Shown piece by piece: positions 19,064 through 30,100 of a DNA stretch of 64,000 bases (its first letter is position 1; every line of letters starts with the position of its first letter). A model generated the notes under the pieces. That model saw only the letters and a list, made by a program, of their open reading frames with translations, was not told the DNA's origin and did not search any database. The position numbers were made by a program, and so were the translations under genes. Source of the stretch: Tortispora ganteri (Eukaryota); the NCBI GenBank assembly GCA_003707115.1, contig PPNB01000002.1:558001-622000 (forward strand), in the 5' to 3' direction.

Positions 19064-21814
19064 ATGACCGAGGAACTATATCCAAGACGCCGTAATCGTG
19101 TCCCTGTATCATGTGCACCATGTAGACTTCGCAAACTAAAGTGCGATCGATCACGGCCATCTTGCGGGTCATGCATACGCAGGGGCATTATTGATCTCTG
19201 CATCTATGAAGAAAAGTCACGGATTCAGAAGTATGAGAACAACGACATTAAACGACATGACCATGTAGTTGTTAAAAAGATCAACTCTATTGAAGTTCAG
19301 GACGAACTCGATTTTAAGGATTTGCCCGTTGCATTAGATCAAGAACATCTCGAAACATCCCCACTTGACGCAATCGCACCACTAATGTATAACGTCGCAA
19401 AGGCAAGATCTTATATGCGTCAATCATATGACCAGAAACCTTTATCGCCCAACTGTGATGATCTCTTACAACTTAAGGAAGAGAACGCCCGTCTAAAGCA
19501 AATCGTTGAGTCCTTTATCAATTCCGCCAATTCATTAACTTCAGAAAGCACAGTTAGTACAATTCCTTTCGATTTGCCTTCTTTCAGTACCCCGCAAGAA
19601 ACTGCTTCTACTTCCTCAACTTACAAATCTAGCACAGACAACTCCCCGCAAACTCCCGAAGATACAGACATCGAAATACAGTCTATTGCTAACAGACTGG
19701 GGACTCTCAAACTGAATTCTAGCCACATAAGGTACTATGGACCTTCCTTCTTCTTCAGCTTGTTTTTCATCGACCCGGAACTCGCAAGAATCTTTCCTAT
19801 ATACATGCAGTTTAAGCGCCGCGTCCACCGCACTATCGATTGCATATGGAAGGGCTTCGATGTACAGACATTTTCGCAACACGCAAAACCTACAAATCTC
19901 CTGCCGGAAGACAAGGTTCAACAATATGAATCCGATATACTCCGCTCACATCCTCATAATTTTCTTATACCGAAATCTGTCCCCACTGATGATATTGCAG
20001 GAATGATGTCAATCTTCCCACCTCGCCAGGTCTGCAATTTCCTCTTTCAAAGGTTCCTCTCTCATGTTTACCCTATATATCCCTACATTGACGTCGCAAG
20101 GTTTAGCTCACTTACTGAGTCCTCATGGGCCGCTTACAATAACGGCAAAGCTAACAGTATTCAGCGCTATTGGCTAGGTACGTATGCCATCATGCTTACA
20201 CTTGCTAGACTATCTTTGCCTTGTTCATGGTATTACGCGGAAAATCCTAATGAAACGACAGGACCTCATTACCATCTTGGAGAAGAGTATCCGACAATTG
20301 CAAAAAATTGCTTGTTCTACCACAGTAAGCTCGACAGAATACCAATCTTAGGCTTGCAATGTGTATTATACCTCCGTATATACAACAGAATTGCGCCTGG
20401 TGATGGTGATATCGGTGACTTTGAACTGTCTCCGCTTCTGCATGGAGTTGCTGCTGAAATCGCGCTGGGCATAGGTATGAACAGAGACCCTTCGTTTTAT
20501 TCACAGCTTCCTGAATCACTTTATCTATCTTGGAGAAAACTGTTCTACGATCTCTGCTACCAGGATGCTTACCAGAACTTAGTCTCCGGAAGGTATCCTA
20601 GACACGATCTTGCGAACTCAGATTTGAAGATCCCTTCCTTATCTGATATACAAGTCGGAGTCAACTGCCTGAATATGAGCAGCGAGTCTCAGTTGCTTTC
20701 ATTCTACGCCGCGAAAGCCCAAGCTACCACAATAATGCGTCGCGTTGCAAGCAAGTTAAACAGCATTCAACCAGAATCCTTTACACATGCGCGGATTAAG
20801 GCTGAACTTCGTGATATTAACGACTTCTTGTCTAAACAGGTCTTGCCTACAAGTATCGTCATTACGAAAGGCCCATCTGAGTCTTTAGCCGATACAATTG
20901 TTCGTGTTAGAAACTTTGAATTGATCGCAATGATGAGCGTCACAAAAATTTCACTTGCAATACAGCTGATCAACAAATCAAAGACGTTGGCTTCGCCATC
21001 TGAGTATTTGGAAGATCTCTGCGAAGCAAGAGCTTATGCACATGAGGCTCTCGAGATAATTGCTGCTTCAATGAAAGAGGAATGTTTCCCCAATTTCACT
21101 TTCATTACTTTTCCAGTGTGCGTCAGACTTCAACTCACGACAATGTTTGCCATAACTTCAACTGCTTTAAAAGTACACCTATACGTCGGCAATGTCATTG
21201 ATCCTCATACCGATCAGCCTATCTATCAAGAACTTCGGGAAACATTCGAGTTGTCTACATTAATTGCTAAAATGCTGACTGATAAGGCAAAGACTTCGTT
21301 TGCTGCTTGGAGATGCGCTTCTTTAACTCAGATTTTGGCTTTTATTTCAAAGGAGATTCTGAACAAAAAAGGCTCAATTTTAGCGGCACCTAACCAAGCT
21401 GAGGAGGCACCTCAGAAATTAAACGCAGATAATAATGATTTCTTAATGGAGGATTTGGATTTTTCAATTGCCGATGAAACTAATATGATCGGAGAGTTCA
21501 TGGTTCCACAATTCAAAGATCAAAGAAGCTCATCCTCTGGCTATTACAGCGCTTCTTCTAACAGCATTCCACCGGATCCACCCAATCAATTCAACAATTC
21601 TAATCATCAAACTATCAAAGATATTATGGGCGACAGACTGGACCAAGAGTCTGCTTTTTACAAACAGGTTTTCTTTGCTAACCCTCAGGAGAATAATTCT
21701 TCATTGATTGATCCTAATAATGATTCGTTTGATATGGTGCCAACGGATATCGAATCACAAATTAATTTGTTCACTGAAGATGATTGGAAAAACTTTGTAT
21801 ATAGCCAGACATAA
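19064..21814 (+). CDS. Zn(II)2Cys6 transcription factor with fungal TF middle-homology region
   Basis: RRRNRVPVSCAPCRLRKLKCDRSRPSCGSC...C.Y (Mrr1/Hap1/Oaf-like N-terminus); ALGIGMNRDP and WRKLFYDL..D; acidic C-terminus. Confidence 0.9.
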   Translation: MTEELYPRRRNRVPVSCAPCRLRKLKCDRSRPSCGSCIRRGIIDLCIYEEKSRIQKYENNDIKRHDHVVVKKINSIEVQDELDFKDLPVALDQEHLETSPLDAIAPLMYNVAKARSYMRQSYDQKPLSPNCDDLLQLKEENARLKQIVESFINSANSLTSESTVSTIPFDLPSFSTPQETASTSSTYKSSTDNSPQTPEDTDIEIQSIANRLGTLKLNSSHIRYYGPSFFFSLFFIDPELARIFPIYMQFKRRVHRTIDCIWKGFDVQTFSQHAKPTNLLPEDKVQQYESDILRSHPHNFLIPKSVPTDDIAGMMSIFPPRQVCNFLFQRFLSHVYPIYPYIDVARFSSLTESSWAAYNNGKANSIQRYWLGTYAIMLTLARLSLPCSWYYAENPNETTGPHYHLGEEYPTIAKNCLFYHSKLDRIPILGLQCVLYLRIYNRIAPGDGDIGDFELSPLLHGVAAEIALGIGMNRDPSFYSQLPESLYLSWRKLFYDLCYQDAYQNLVSGRYPRHDLANSDLKIPSLSDIQVGVNCLNMSSESQLLSFYAAKAQATTIMRRVASKLNSIQPESFTHARIKAELRDINDFLSKQVLPTSIVITKGPSESLADTIVRVRNFELIAMMSVTKISLAIQLINKSKTLASPSEYLEDLCEARAYAHEALEIIAASMKEECFPNFTFITFPVCVRLQLTTMFAITSTALKVHLYVGNVIDPHTDQPIYQELRETFELSTLIAKMLTDKAKTSFAAWRCASLTQILAFISKEILNKKGSILAAPNQAEEAPQKLNADNNDFLMEDLDFSIADETNMIGEFMVPQFKDQRSSSSGYYSASSNSIPPDPPNQFNNSNHQTIKDIMGDRLDQESAFYKQVFFANPQENNSSLIDPNNDSFDMVPTDIESQINLFTEDDWKNFVYSQT

Positions 21815-22018
21815 ACGATTACCGCCTTTACTGAATTCTTGGTCGTTGTATTTGATATCATCACCTCTTCACTCTATGTTGTAAATATGAATATTCTACA
21901 AAACTTCAAAGATAAAAAAATAAGATCACAATCTATTATATGTACCATCATATGAAAAAAAATTATTTATAGAGAAAAATGAAAGAATGTCTATCCAAAT
22001 GAGCTAAACAAAATCCAA

Positions 22019-25000
22019 TTATTCGTTTTTAACTCTGTCTTTCTTTTTAGGCACACGCGCTAACCAATAGAGGAAAACAGTTCCAATGTAGTTAAACGCG
22101 ATGAAACAAATAAAAATTCCAATGTTTCGCCATGCTTGTGAATACAATGCATCAATAGATTCCAGGAAGACATTCGTTGAGGACATAGAGCAAAAGCTGC
22201 ACTCGGTAGCTGCGGGGTCGAGAACATAACCTCCAGCCAATGACATGTATGTAGACAAATATTCCTCGCAAGTGGTACCCGGAACAGCTTCAAGACTAAC
22301 GTATTCATAGCTGGCACACTCAACTGTAGAGTCTGCTAAACCAACACTAAGAACACCTTGAATGAAGTAAGTGAGTGGATTGCATCGATACATGAATATC
22401 CAAAATCCAGGAAGACCATCTTTTGTAACAAGAACACCACAAAATGCCAAACACAAAGTAAAAAGTAAATTAGCAATATTAGCAGCATTCTCCGCAATCT
22501 CAATACCAGCAACACACAACTGTCCCATAGACGTCGAAAAGATGAAGAAAGCTGAAACGAAGAAATACATCATACCGCTTCGATGAGTAACACTGTCGGT
22601 TAGTTCTGCATTACGATACAATCCCACAGGGTAGTACCAAGACAAGAATGACAGGGTACCAACAATAAGCTGCCAGGGAATCTCAACAGTCATCTGTGCG
22701 GCTATAAAAGCCTTCCAGCTAAATGTCTTTGAAGGACGTTCACGAACCTCATATAACGAGCGTTGCTGCACATAATACGGCAACATCTGTTGCACAATAT
22801 TGTTGAAAATAATCGTGAACATGAAAACGGAAAACATCTGATTCTGTAGTCCTTGCAAAGTGTTGTCAGCCTTAAAGAATGAGAAACCATTAAACAATGC
22901 AGAGAGAGTACACAAAGTAAGCTTAGCCCAGATATAAGACGGTGAGCGCCAATATTGCTCAAAGACTCGTTTAGTAACATAGATATATTGCCTTAAAAGA
23001 GGAGCTGCAAACTCGCGCTTATTCTCAGGACTCTCATCAATGGGTAATTTAGAAAGTTCTTCTTGCATTTTATCCAATTCGGCTCTAACAGCAGCACGTT
23101 CTTCAGATTGGAGCCACACTTGATGGTAATCCTGAGAAGCCTTAGATCCAGGAGCAGCACCAATTACTTCCAACATCCATTCTGTAGGGTTAGCATCATG
23201 AGGGCAAGGAGGAGCACCATACTTTTCGAAGTAGCCGGTCAACGTAGAGGAGTTTTCTCCGATATCTCCAAAATAGACAGTTTGTCCTCCACGAGCCAAA
23301 AACAATAAACGGTCAAATTCTTGAATTAAAAGAGCTGAAGGCTGATGAATAGTGCAAAGAATGGCCTGTCCAGAATCGGCAAGCTTCCTAAGTAACTGAC
23401 AAACAGACCAGGCAGTTTGGGAATCAAGACCAGATGTAGGTTCGTCAAGGAAGAGAAGCAGTTGAGGTTTCGCAGCAAGTTCAACACCAATAGTTAGACG
23501 CTTGCGCTGCTCCACATTCAGACCTTCACCAGCAACACCAACCACGGCATCGGCATAAGGAGCCATATCCAAAATTTCAATAATGTCATCAACGTAACGG
23601 ACCTTCTCATCGTAAGGAATGCTGCGTTCTTGTCGCAAAACAGCACTAAAAAGAAGAGCTTCACGCACTGTAGAAGTGGCAAGATGCAAATCTTGCTGTT
23701 GAGCATAACCTGTGCTGCGTTGGAAAGATTCGTCGCGCAAGTGACCGTTAACATACATACCACCAGTAACAACACCCATTGTCACACGATTAGCCAAAAC
23801 GTCAAGCAAAGTAGTCTTACCAGCGCCGGATGCACCCATTAAAGCAGTCAAAGTACCGGGCTTAACCCATCCATCAACGTGGTCAAGAAGACGACGAGGC
23901 TCACCTTTAATCTTAATATCGTAGCAAACATCTTTCCAGTGGAAGATATCGGTACCGGTTTGAATAACGTGACTCAGGTTCTCATGATTGGCAAGATTGG
24001 TAGTAGTGCGAGCAGCAAGAAGTTCATCAACTTTAGCTTCTTCGTCATTCTGTAACATGGCTTTGCGTTTCCTGTTAAGTTTCTTCAAATAAGATCTCTG
24101 GAACAGTAAGATTTCTCCTTTCTGTCGAGTACCTTGATTCAATTCGACGGCTACAAAATAAGCGATCAGGAAAAAGACAGCAAAAGCAACACCAATACCC
24201 CAGTTACGCCATAAGTGAGAGTAAGTGTAACGGAACGATTCCCAGATATAATCAGTGCCCAAAACTGAAGTAGCACCAGGAACAGCGGAAACAGCACTGC
24301 AGACAAAATAAGGGTCGCCTGGTTGCAAACCATTCGTACCAGGGCCCGCAGGAATGTAACTCGAACAAGGGAATTCGCGATTATGAAACTCTATGGAGAT
24401 CAAGTTCTCGAACATGTAAGCTAGTGGATCAAGATAATTAATCCACCTGGACCAACCTAACATGCTTCTAGTAGGAATGACGAAGCCAGTGTAGATAACC
24501 AAAGCCAACATTAGCAGAGAGGCTGGGGTCATAGCAGCTGCCAGTGAACGGGTACAAGCTCCAATGAAACGGAAAACGTGAGACATAATCAAAGTGGCCG
24601 TGAATACATTCAACAAGTACAGGAAGAATGCACCAGGTTCTCTTCGAAGATTAGCCATGAAGTATAACGTCAAATTGAACACAATACTAACTATTATTTT
24701 TTGAGGCATTTCAACAATGACAGACGCGACAGCATCTGCAGAAGGATGATAAAGAGCATATTCTTTATGTTTTTCCACAATCGGTCGACCTTCATACAAT
24801 GCAAAAATTTCCAGGAGCGATGAGAAAGCATTGAACAATACAGCAAAGAACAAAGCAGCTGTACGAAGGTAAAAAGATCCAGTATCATTCGGCAAATTGT
24901 AGAATATAGACCCAAGAATTAAAGCCATGATAGTATTTCCAAGTGTACCTGAAAGAGGCATAGTAAGATCACTGAGAGTACGTCTAATACCACGGCGTAC

Positions 25001-26509
25001 ACAATACTTGACCTGCATACCATAGTTGACGATATTGGAAGAGCCAGGAAGACTATGCTTAGCTTGGCGAGCACGGTGACTCTCCATGAAGGCTTGATAA
25101 TTTTCACCATGATAAGGGTGCTCCGCGTTGAATTCATCAATCTCCTTAATCAGGGCGGCGTATTCAGGAGATTCAAGCCAGGCACGTTCAAACTCATTGG
25201 GGGTTCTAGGTACGCGATCTTCGAATCCAGGACGGACAATTCTTTCAGCCGGGTTAGTCAATGAGGTCAAGAAATCAGCAGTAGTTTGACGGCTAGGGCA
25301 GTCATAACCCATATCTAGGAAGTATTGCTTAGCATCTTGAGTTGATCCAAAGAAAATTTGACGACCTTCGTAGAGCAACACAACTTTCGTGAACATATCA
25401 TATACTTCTTGAGAACATTGGTAAATAGCGACTAAAGAGGCAACACCCATAACTTCAGATGAAACTGCAAGAGACTTGACAAACTCAGCAGCAGTAGCAG
25501 AGTCAAGACCTCTGGTTGAGTTATCCCAGCATTGTAGAGGAGCTCCAGAAAGAGCCAGTTCAGCGATTGAAACACGCTTACGTTCACCACCGGAAACACC
25601 ACGAACATAGTCGTTTCCAACTTTAGTATTCATAGTATGAAGAAGACCATAAGAGGCCATAACGACATCACGCATATGCGTAGCATAAACGTCTCGTTTG
25701 ATTCCAGCTGGTCTGTTTCGAGGAACACGAAGCGAAGCAGCAAATTGCAAAGTTTCTCCTACAGTAAGATGGGGGTAATGAATATCGCTTTCAGCATTGT
25801 AGACGACATCACCTCTGAAATTATTTATAATATCCTTGGAGTCCATTCCAGAATAGTTGATTTCAGTTTTTTCGTCAAGATAGAAGCCGAAGGTACGACC
25901 GGCAATGGTGCGAAGGAAGGTAGTGCAACCAGCACCAGGACGTCCAAGAACAACGACCAGCTCACCAGGACGAATTAAACCGTCTACCCTTTTCAGAATA
26001 GTAACACGACGACCTTTGCGATTCAATAGTCTGTTAAGTCCATCATTGAATCGGCGCAAAAGAACGTTGTAGACAGTAAGTTGATAGGAGGTATCACTTC
26101 CGTAACCAAAAGCGTTCAGATTTTTCCACGAGACACCCAAAGTCCGAACCTTAGAGGTTGCAGAATCAGACATCATTAAATTGTAGTTGTTGCGAACCCA
26201 AGATTTAGAAGAAAATAGAGGCGAGTTAGGATCAAGTCTAGGATCAATTTCTACATCATCGACATCTTCGGCCAAAAGGTAAGTATTCTGAGGAGCGGAT
26301 CCAGGATCAAAACCAGTGGAAACTCTTGAAAGTCTTCGAGAAAGAGAATCGCCTTCATTGACGCTGATTTGCGTTGAGAAGCGTCTTGCCAATTCGCGGA
26401 TATTCTCTTCGGCCTCCTCGTTCAAACCTTTGTACTCAACGACATTGTCGACATCTCGGTAAGATTTTTCAGAGTTAGAGGATTGAGAAGGGTCCTTTAC
26501 GTCAGCCAT
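22019..26509 (-). CDS. Full-size PDR (ABCG) multidrug transporter, Pdr5/Cdr1-like
   Basis: GRPGAGCTT (degenerate Walker A), VRGVSGGERKRVSIAE, WDNSTRGLD, GASGAGKTT, LNVEQRKRLTIGVEL, FLDEPTSGLD; NBD-TMD-NBD-TMD. First ATG is 26509 (the ORF track starts at TTG 26512). Confidence 0.95.
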   Translation of the reverse strand: MADVKDPSQSSNSEKSYRDVDNVVEYKGLNEEAEENIRELARRFSTQISVNEGDSLSRRLSRVSTGFDPGSAPQNTYLLAEDVDDVEIDPRLDPNSPLFSSKSWVRNNYNLMMSDSATSKVRTLGVSWKNLNAFGYGSDTSYQLTVYNVLLRRFNDGLNRLLNRKGRRVTILKRVDGLIRPGELVVVLGRPGAGCTTFLRTIAGRTFGFYLDEKTEINYSGMDSKDIINNFRGDVVYNAESDIHYPHLTVGETLQFAASLRVPRNRPAGIKRDVYATHMRDVVMASYGLLHTMNTKVGNDYVRGVSGGERKRVSIAELALSGAPLQCWDNSTRGLDSATAAEFVKSLAVSSEVMGVASLVAIYQCSQEVYDMFTKVVLLYEGRQIFFGSTQDAKQYFLDMGYDCPSRQTTADFLTSLTNPAERIVRPGFEDRVPRTPNEFERAWLESPEYAALIKEIDEFNAEHPYHGENYQAFMESHRARQAKHSLPGSSNIVNYGMQVKYCVRRGIRRTLSDLTMPLSGTLGNTIMALILGSIFYNLPNDTGSFYLRTAALFFAVLFNAFSSLLEIFALYEGRPIVEKHKEYALYHPSADAVASVIVEMPQKIIVSIVFNLTLYFMANLRREPGAFFLYLLNVFTATLIMSHVFRFIGACTRSLAAAMTPASLLMLALVIYTGFVIPTRSMLGWSRWINYLDPLAYMFENLISIEFHNREFPCSSYIPAGPGTNGLQPGDPYFVCSAVSAVPGATSVLGTDYIWESFRYTYSHLWRNWGIGVAFAVFFLIAYFVAVELNQGTRQKGEILLFQRSYLKKLNRKRKAMLQNDEEAKVDELLAARTTTNLANHENLSHVIQTGTDIFHWKDVCYDIKIKGEPRRLLDHVDGWVKPGTLTALMGASGAGKTTLLDVLANRVTMGVVTGGMYVNGHLRDESFQRSTGYAQQQDLHLATSTVREALLFSAVLRQERSIPYDEKVRYVDDIIEILDMAPYADAVVGVAGEGLNVEQRKRLTIGVELAAKPQLLLFLDEPTSGLDSQTAWSVCQLLRKLADSGQAILCTIHQPSALLIQEFDRLLFLARGGQTVYFGDIGENSSTLTGYFEKYGAPPCPHDANPTEWMLEVIGAAPGSKASQDYHQVWLQSEERAAVRAELDKMQEELSKLPIDESPENKREFAAPLLRQYIYVTKRVFEQYWRSPSYIWAKLTLCTLSALFNGFSFFKADNTLQGLQNQMFSVFMFTIIFNNIVQQMLPYYVQQRSLYEVRERPSKTFSWKAFIAAQMTVEIPWQLIVGTLSFLSWYYPVGLYRNAELTDSVTHRSGMMYFFVSAFFIFSTSMGQLCVAGIEIAENAANIANLLFTLCLAFCGVLVTKDGLPGFWIFMYRCNPLTYFIQGVLSVGLADSTVECASYEYVSLEAVPGTTCEEYLSTYMSLAGGYVLDPAATECSFCSMSSTNVFLESIDALYSQAWRNIGIFICFIAFNYIGTVFLYWLARVPKKKDRVKNE

Positions 26510-26602
26510 CAATTATGAGTATAAAAATGATTAATACTCTGAGGAAGAGAGAAACAAAATAGAAGTGGGGAATGTAAGGTAAAGTAGAGATAGGATATCA
26601 AA

Positions 26603-26797
26603 CTAGCGGCGTTAGAAAAAGAACATACAACTAGAGGAGCTCCAAACAAGTTAAACTAGAGCGAAATCGGAAAATCAGATCAAAAAAGAAAACTTTAGAT
26701 CGAATCGATTCAGTGGGATTAATACTTGCGCATATGCGATATTATTTGGAATTCAAAGTTCGCGATAAGTAATAATCCCGCTTGTTTGTATACGTAC
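26603..26797 (-). other. Putative 195-nt 5'UTR intron of the PDR gene
   Basis: Minus strand: G|GTACGT donor at 26797, TTCTAAC branch at 26617-26611, TAG acceptor ending 26603; TATA-like box near 26957-26968. Confidence 0.5.
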
Positions 26798-27756
26798 CAG
26801 GAGAGTGTGCGAAATAAAGTCTATGAAGAATCGAGCACGTAAACCAGTAATAGAACAGGGAAAGAAAAATGTTAATCAATAACTAGCAGAATCCCTAGTT
26901 CGTACTCAAGGGTATAGAAATATTGTAGTAGAATTGCCCTTTGCGGAGGGCAGGCATATATTTATATACTAGCACCTCAATGGTCCCGGAACTGGAAAGA
27001 TCCACTACGTGGGTAGCTTATGTTAAAACCTTAATTAGTAAAAGCATCCAATAGCAGAGCTCCATTAGAAGCCTCCGGAAGAGCAAGAATCCGGTCAGGA
27101 GGTTAGTCGCGCTTAACAATAAAGTTCACGAGGCACAAAATAGGGAAAAGCATTTGATTGCGACCTAGAAGACCAAACAATACACATGCCAACAAACCTT
27201 TAAAGTTGTGACTTAGGGGTTTCGAAAAATGTAGCATTGATAGGCGTTCCGGGTGGGTTTGTTGACGGTAAGAAATAAGGTCCTCATCCGGGCCGTCGAC
27301 TGGCCATGGAAGCACACAGAATTCAATACCAAAATCAACTTAAAATTCCTTACTGTATGGAAATAAGACGCTTGGCGTTTTATTTCAGATGAAGCGAAGT
27401 ATCCACGCTCGGGGATAAGTCACCATAATCACTGTCGAGCATTATTCGATTCAGTCACATGGCATTAATAAAAAAAATTGCAAGCGATAATCTAATTGGA
27501 TATGCAATTATCAATTTCAAGCAGAAGAATTGCATCGCATGGAGATCGCAATCCGTTTTCATGATTTATGTTCCATCAACCAATAATAACCAATCATAAT
27601 AGAGTTGACCCAATCAAAAGTGTTTATTTTACACTCAACTTTAGAAGATTACTCATTTTGCATAAGGATGGGTATTGCCTTGTTCGGTTAATAATCAGCT
27701 TGACATTCCGAACTCTATTTGATGAGAAAGCATCATTAGTGCATTGATCGACGTGA

Positions 27757-29643
27757 TTAAAATATCACGCTAGTGCGATTGCTCGATCCTTTAGCGCTGG
27801 AAGAGTTTCTAGCTGATCTCTGTCTGGTAAGAGAAAATTCTCTTAGTTCATTTTGACCACTCATAGCAGAACTGCTATTGCGTCGAGCCCTCAATATTTC
27901 TTGCAGTTGCTGTCTTGTTAGTTGTAATTGATCTTTAAGTCCTTTGACCTCCAAGGTCAGATCGCGAATCTCGCGTTTTAACAGTCTGTTATTTTCCTGA
28001 TGGACTTCGTTCTCTTGCTGTAAATCTTCTATTTGTTTATGTAGATCTTTCTGCGTTTCTATTTCTCTGCAAATTTTCTCGTCATCGTTAACGCTGAGTT
28101 TCTTCATAGCTAGGTTCAACTTCATACTCATTTGATTCATTCGATTGTCTTCATTGTCTTCATGTAATACTTTCAGTATATCATGCAACAGCCCAGCCAT
28201 GACTTCGCGCTCTTTCTCCACTTCTACGCGATAAGAACTGAACTTCTCGCTGAGATCTTGGTATTCTCCTTGCACAGCATTTAATACCAAACCCAATTCT
28301 TCTTCTTTATCTGTTCTTAGTACACTAGAACATTCTTCCATGTTTGCAGGCCTGCCTGCAGCTTGATTTGATGAAGACGGCTGTAGCGACGCGCCTCCTC
28401 CGAGGCTAGGAATAGACACTACTGACGACCGAGCGCTTTCATCTCTAGCAGTGAGTTTCATCGCTGTATTAAGTGCACTTTGAGACATACTCACAAACCC
28501 TGATTTTACACGCAAAACCAAAGGGCGGCTTGGCAAGTCTGTAGTTACTGTGCTATTTGTTTGCAAAGACAAAGCCTTTTGCATCTGCGATTCTCTCAAA
28601 GTATCTTCCAGTTCATCAAGCGTACTTACCGTTACTAGAGACGTTAACTCCTCTAGGTCTTTGATGAGTTTTTCCGCTCCATCACTGCCGTACACATCCC
28701 ATATAGAAGCGGAATAAAGTCGCTGAAGGAGTTCTTCATGTACCATGATATCGAGCAGGATAGTTTGGTTGCGTTTGAGCAGGCACAATGCAATGCGAAT
28801 TATCGTTTCAGGAATACCTTCTGACAGGTAAAGATCGTAGAGACGGAATACTATATTTAGAGGGCAAGTTGTGCAAAATAGGGTCAGGAACCAGCCTGCA
28901 GCATACGTGAAATCGATGCCCAAGTCTGCAAAATGAGCGTACAATTCAGGTAGTTCACGTGCCATGAGGTTCTCCAGCTGAAATAGCCGGACATCTAAAC
29001 CGCCCATAGTTGCGGTATAGCTTGATCGTATGTCGTAGGACTCCATAATCTGGACCAGCACGGCGAACGAGGTCTGTTCATCGAGCACCATCAACAGAGG
29101 TGCTACAAGGAAAGACATACCCTGACAGTATCCGACCTCTGGATCGTAAACACTGAATGCACGTAAAACTCTTCCCAATTTGCGTTGAAACTCCGGGTCT
29201 TTGCATTCGTCAACCTGGGGGAACGTTCGATGCAGATCACGTTTGATTAAAGACTCGAATTTTGCTGGTTCTGTATTGAGCAGGTCGTACAACACAGTGA
29301 AGTCGCGTTCTGTGCATCCAGATAATGCTTTCCAGCAACCTGCGCGAACATTAGACGGTACATCAGTATGAATGGATGAACAAACCAAATAGGGCAAAAC
29401 AGTCGCAACAGCAGGGTAGTTATTCTCAACTAGTTGCCAGAATAATGACTTGTCTGAGTCTGCATTAGAGGAGATGCAAATATCTTCAAGGATCAACTTA
29501 CATTCATCATAGTCGATATCATGTTTAGGATGTACTAGACTGAGACAGCTCTGTACGAAAATAACCTGGCGATCATAGTGGCCTTTTAAGTCGTCATTTT
29601 GACTGATGAGGGCATTAAGGTTTGGCGTATAAGACATTATCAT
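27757..29643 (-). CDS. Rab-GAP TBC-domain protein with coiled-coil tail (Gyp5/Evi5-like)
   Basis: IKRDLHRTFP, VLRAFSVYDPEVGYCQGMSF, YAAGWFLTLF, RLYD; first ATG at 29643. Confidence 0.85.
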   Translation of the reverse strand: MIMSYTPNLNALISQNDDLKGHYDRQVIFVQSCLSLVHPKHDIDYDECKLILEDICISSNADSDKSLFWQLVENNYPAVATVLPYLVCSSIHTDVPSNVRAGCWKALSGCTERDFTVLYDLLNTEPAKFESLIKRDLHRTFPQVDECKDPEFQRKLGRVLRAFSVYDPEVGYCQGMSFLVAPLLMVLDEQTSFAVLVQIMESYDIRSSYTATMGGLDVRLFQLENLMARELPELYAHFADLGIDFTYAAGWFLTLFCTTCPLNIVFRLYDLYLSEGIPETIIRIALCLLKRNQTILLDIMVHEELLQRLYSASIWDVYGSDGAEKLIKDLEELTSLVTVSTLDELEDTLRESQMQKALSLQTNSTVTTDLPSRPLVLRVKSGFVSMSQSALNTAMKLTARDESARSSVVSIPSLGGGASLQPSSSNQAAGRPANMEECSSVLRTDKEEELGLVLNAVQGEYQDLSEKFSSYRVEVEKEREVMAGLLHDILKVLHEDNEDNRMNQMSMKLNLAMKKLSVNDDEKICREIETQKDLHKQIEDLQQENEVHQENNRLLKREIRDLTLEVKGLKDQLQLTRQQLQEILRARRNSSSAMSGQNELREFSLTRQRSARNSSSAKGSSNRTSVIF

Positions 29644-30100
29644 GTAGAAAAAAATTAAGCCACAGTAGCAGACTCTTTTTAGCAAAACTGTAGACTTGCT
29701 TGATTCGAGATAATAAACAGTAAATAGCAAATTATACTGGAAATGAAAGAAAAAGGGACCCTTAGAAAAAGCGTTGTCGCGGCTTGAAAGGGGGGCGGAA
29801 GCTTATCCCGTTTGTGAAGGATGTCTATTTCAGGAACCACTACTATTTTAGGCCACCTAGCATTGCAACTGCTCGGTCAGTATATTACAACAATAAATAC
29901 TATAAATAATATTGCAATAAACAAATTAAATAATTCAATAAATTAATACACCGTAATAATAACCAAAATTCGCTGGTGACACTGCAAAATAAAATCCAAA
30001 AAAAAACAACTTTCGCAGTTACCCGGCTTTTAAGAAAGCCCATTTGATATTTACTTTTCCACATTCAGCCCAAACATAAACAATAATCAACTATTCACGC

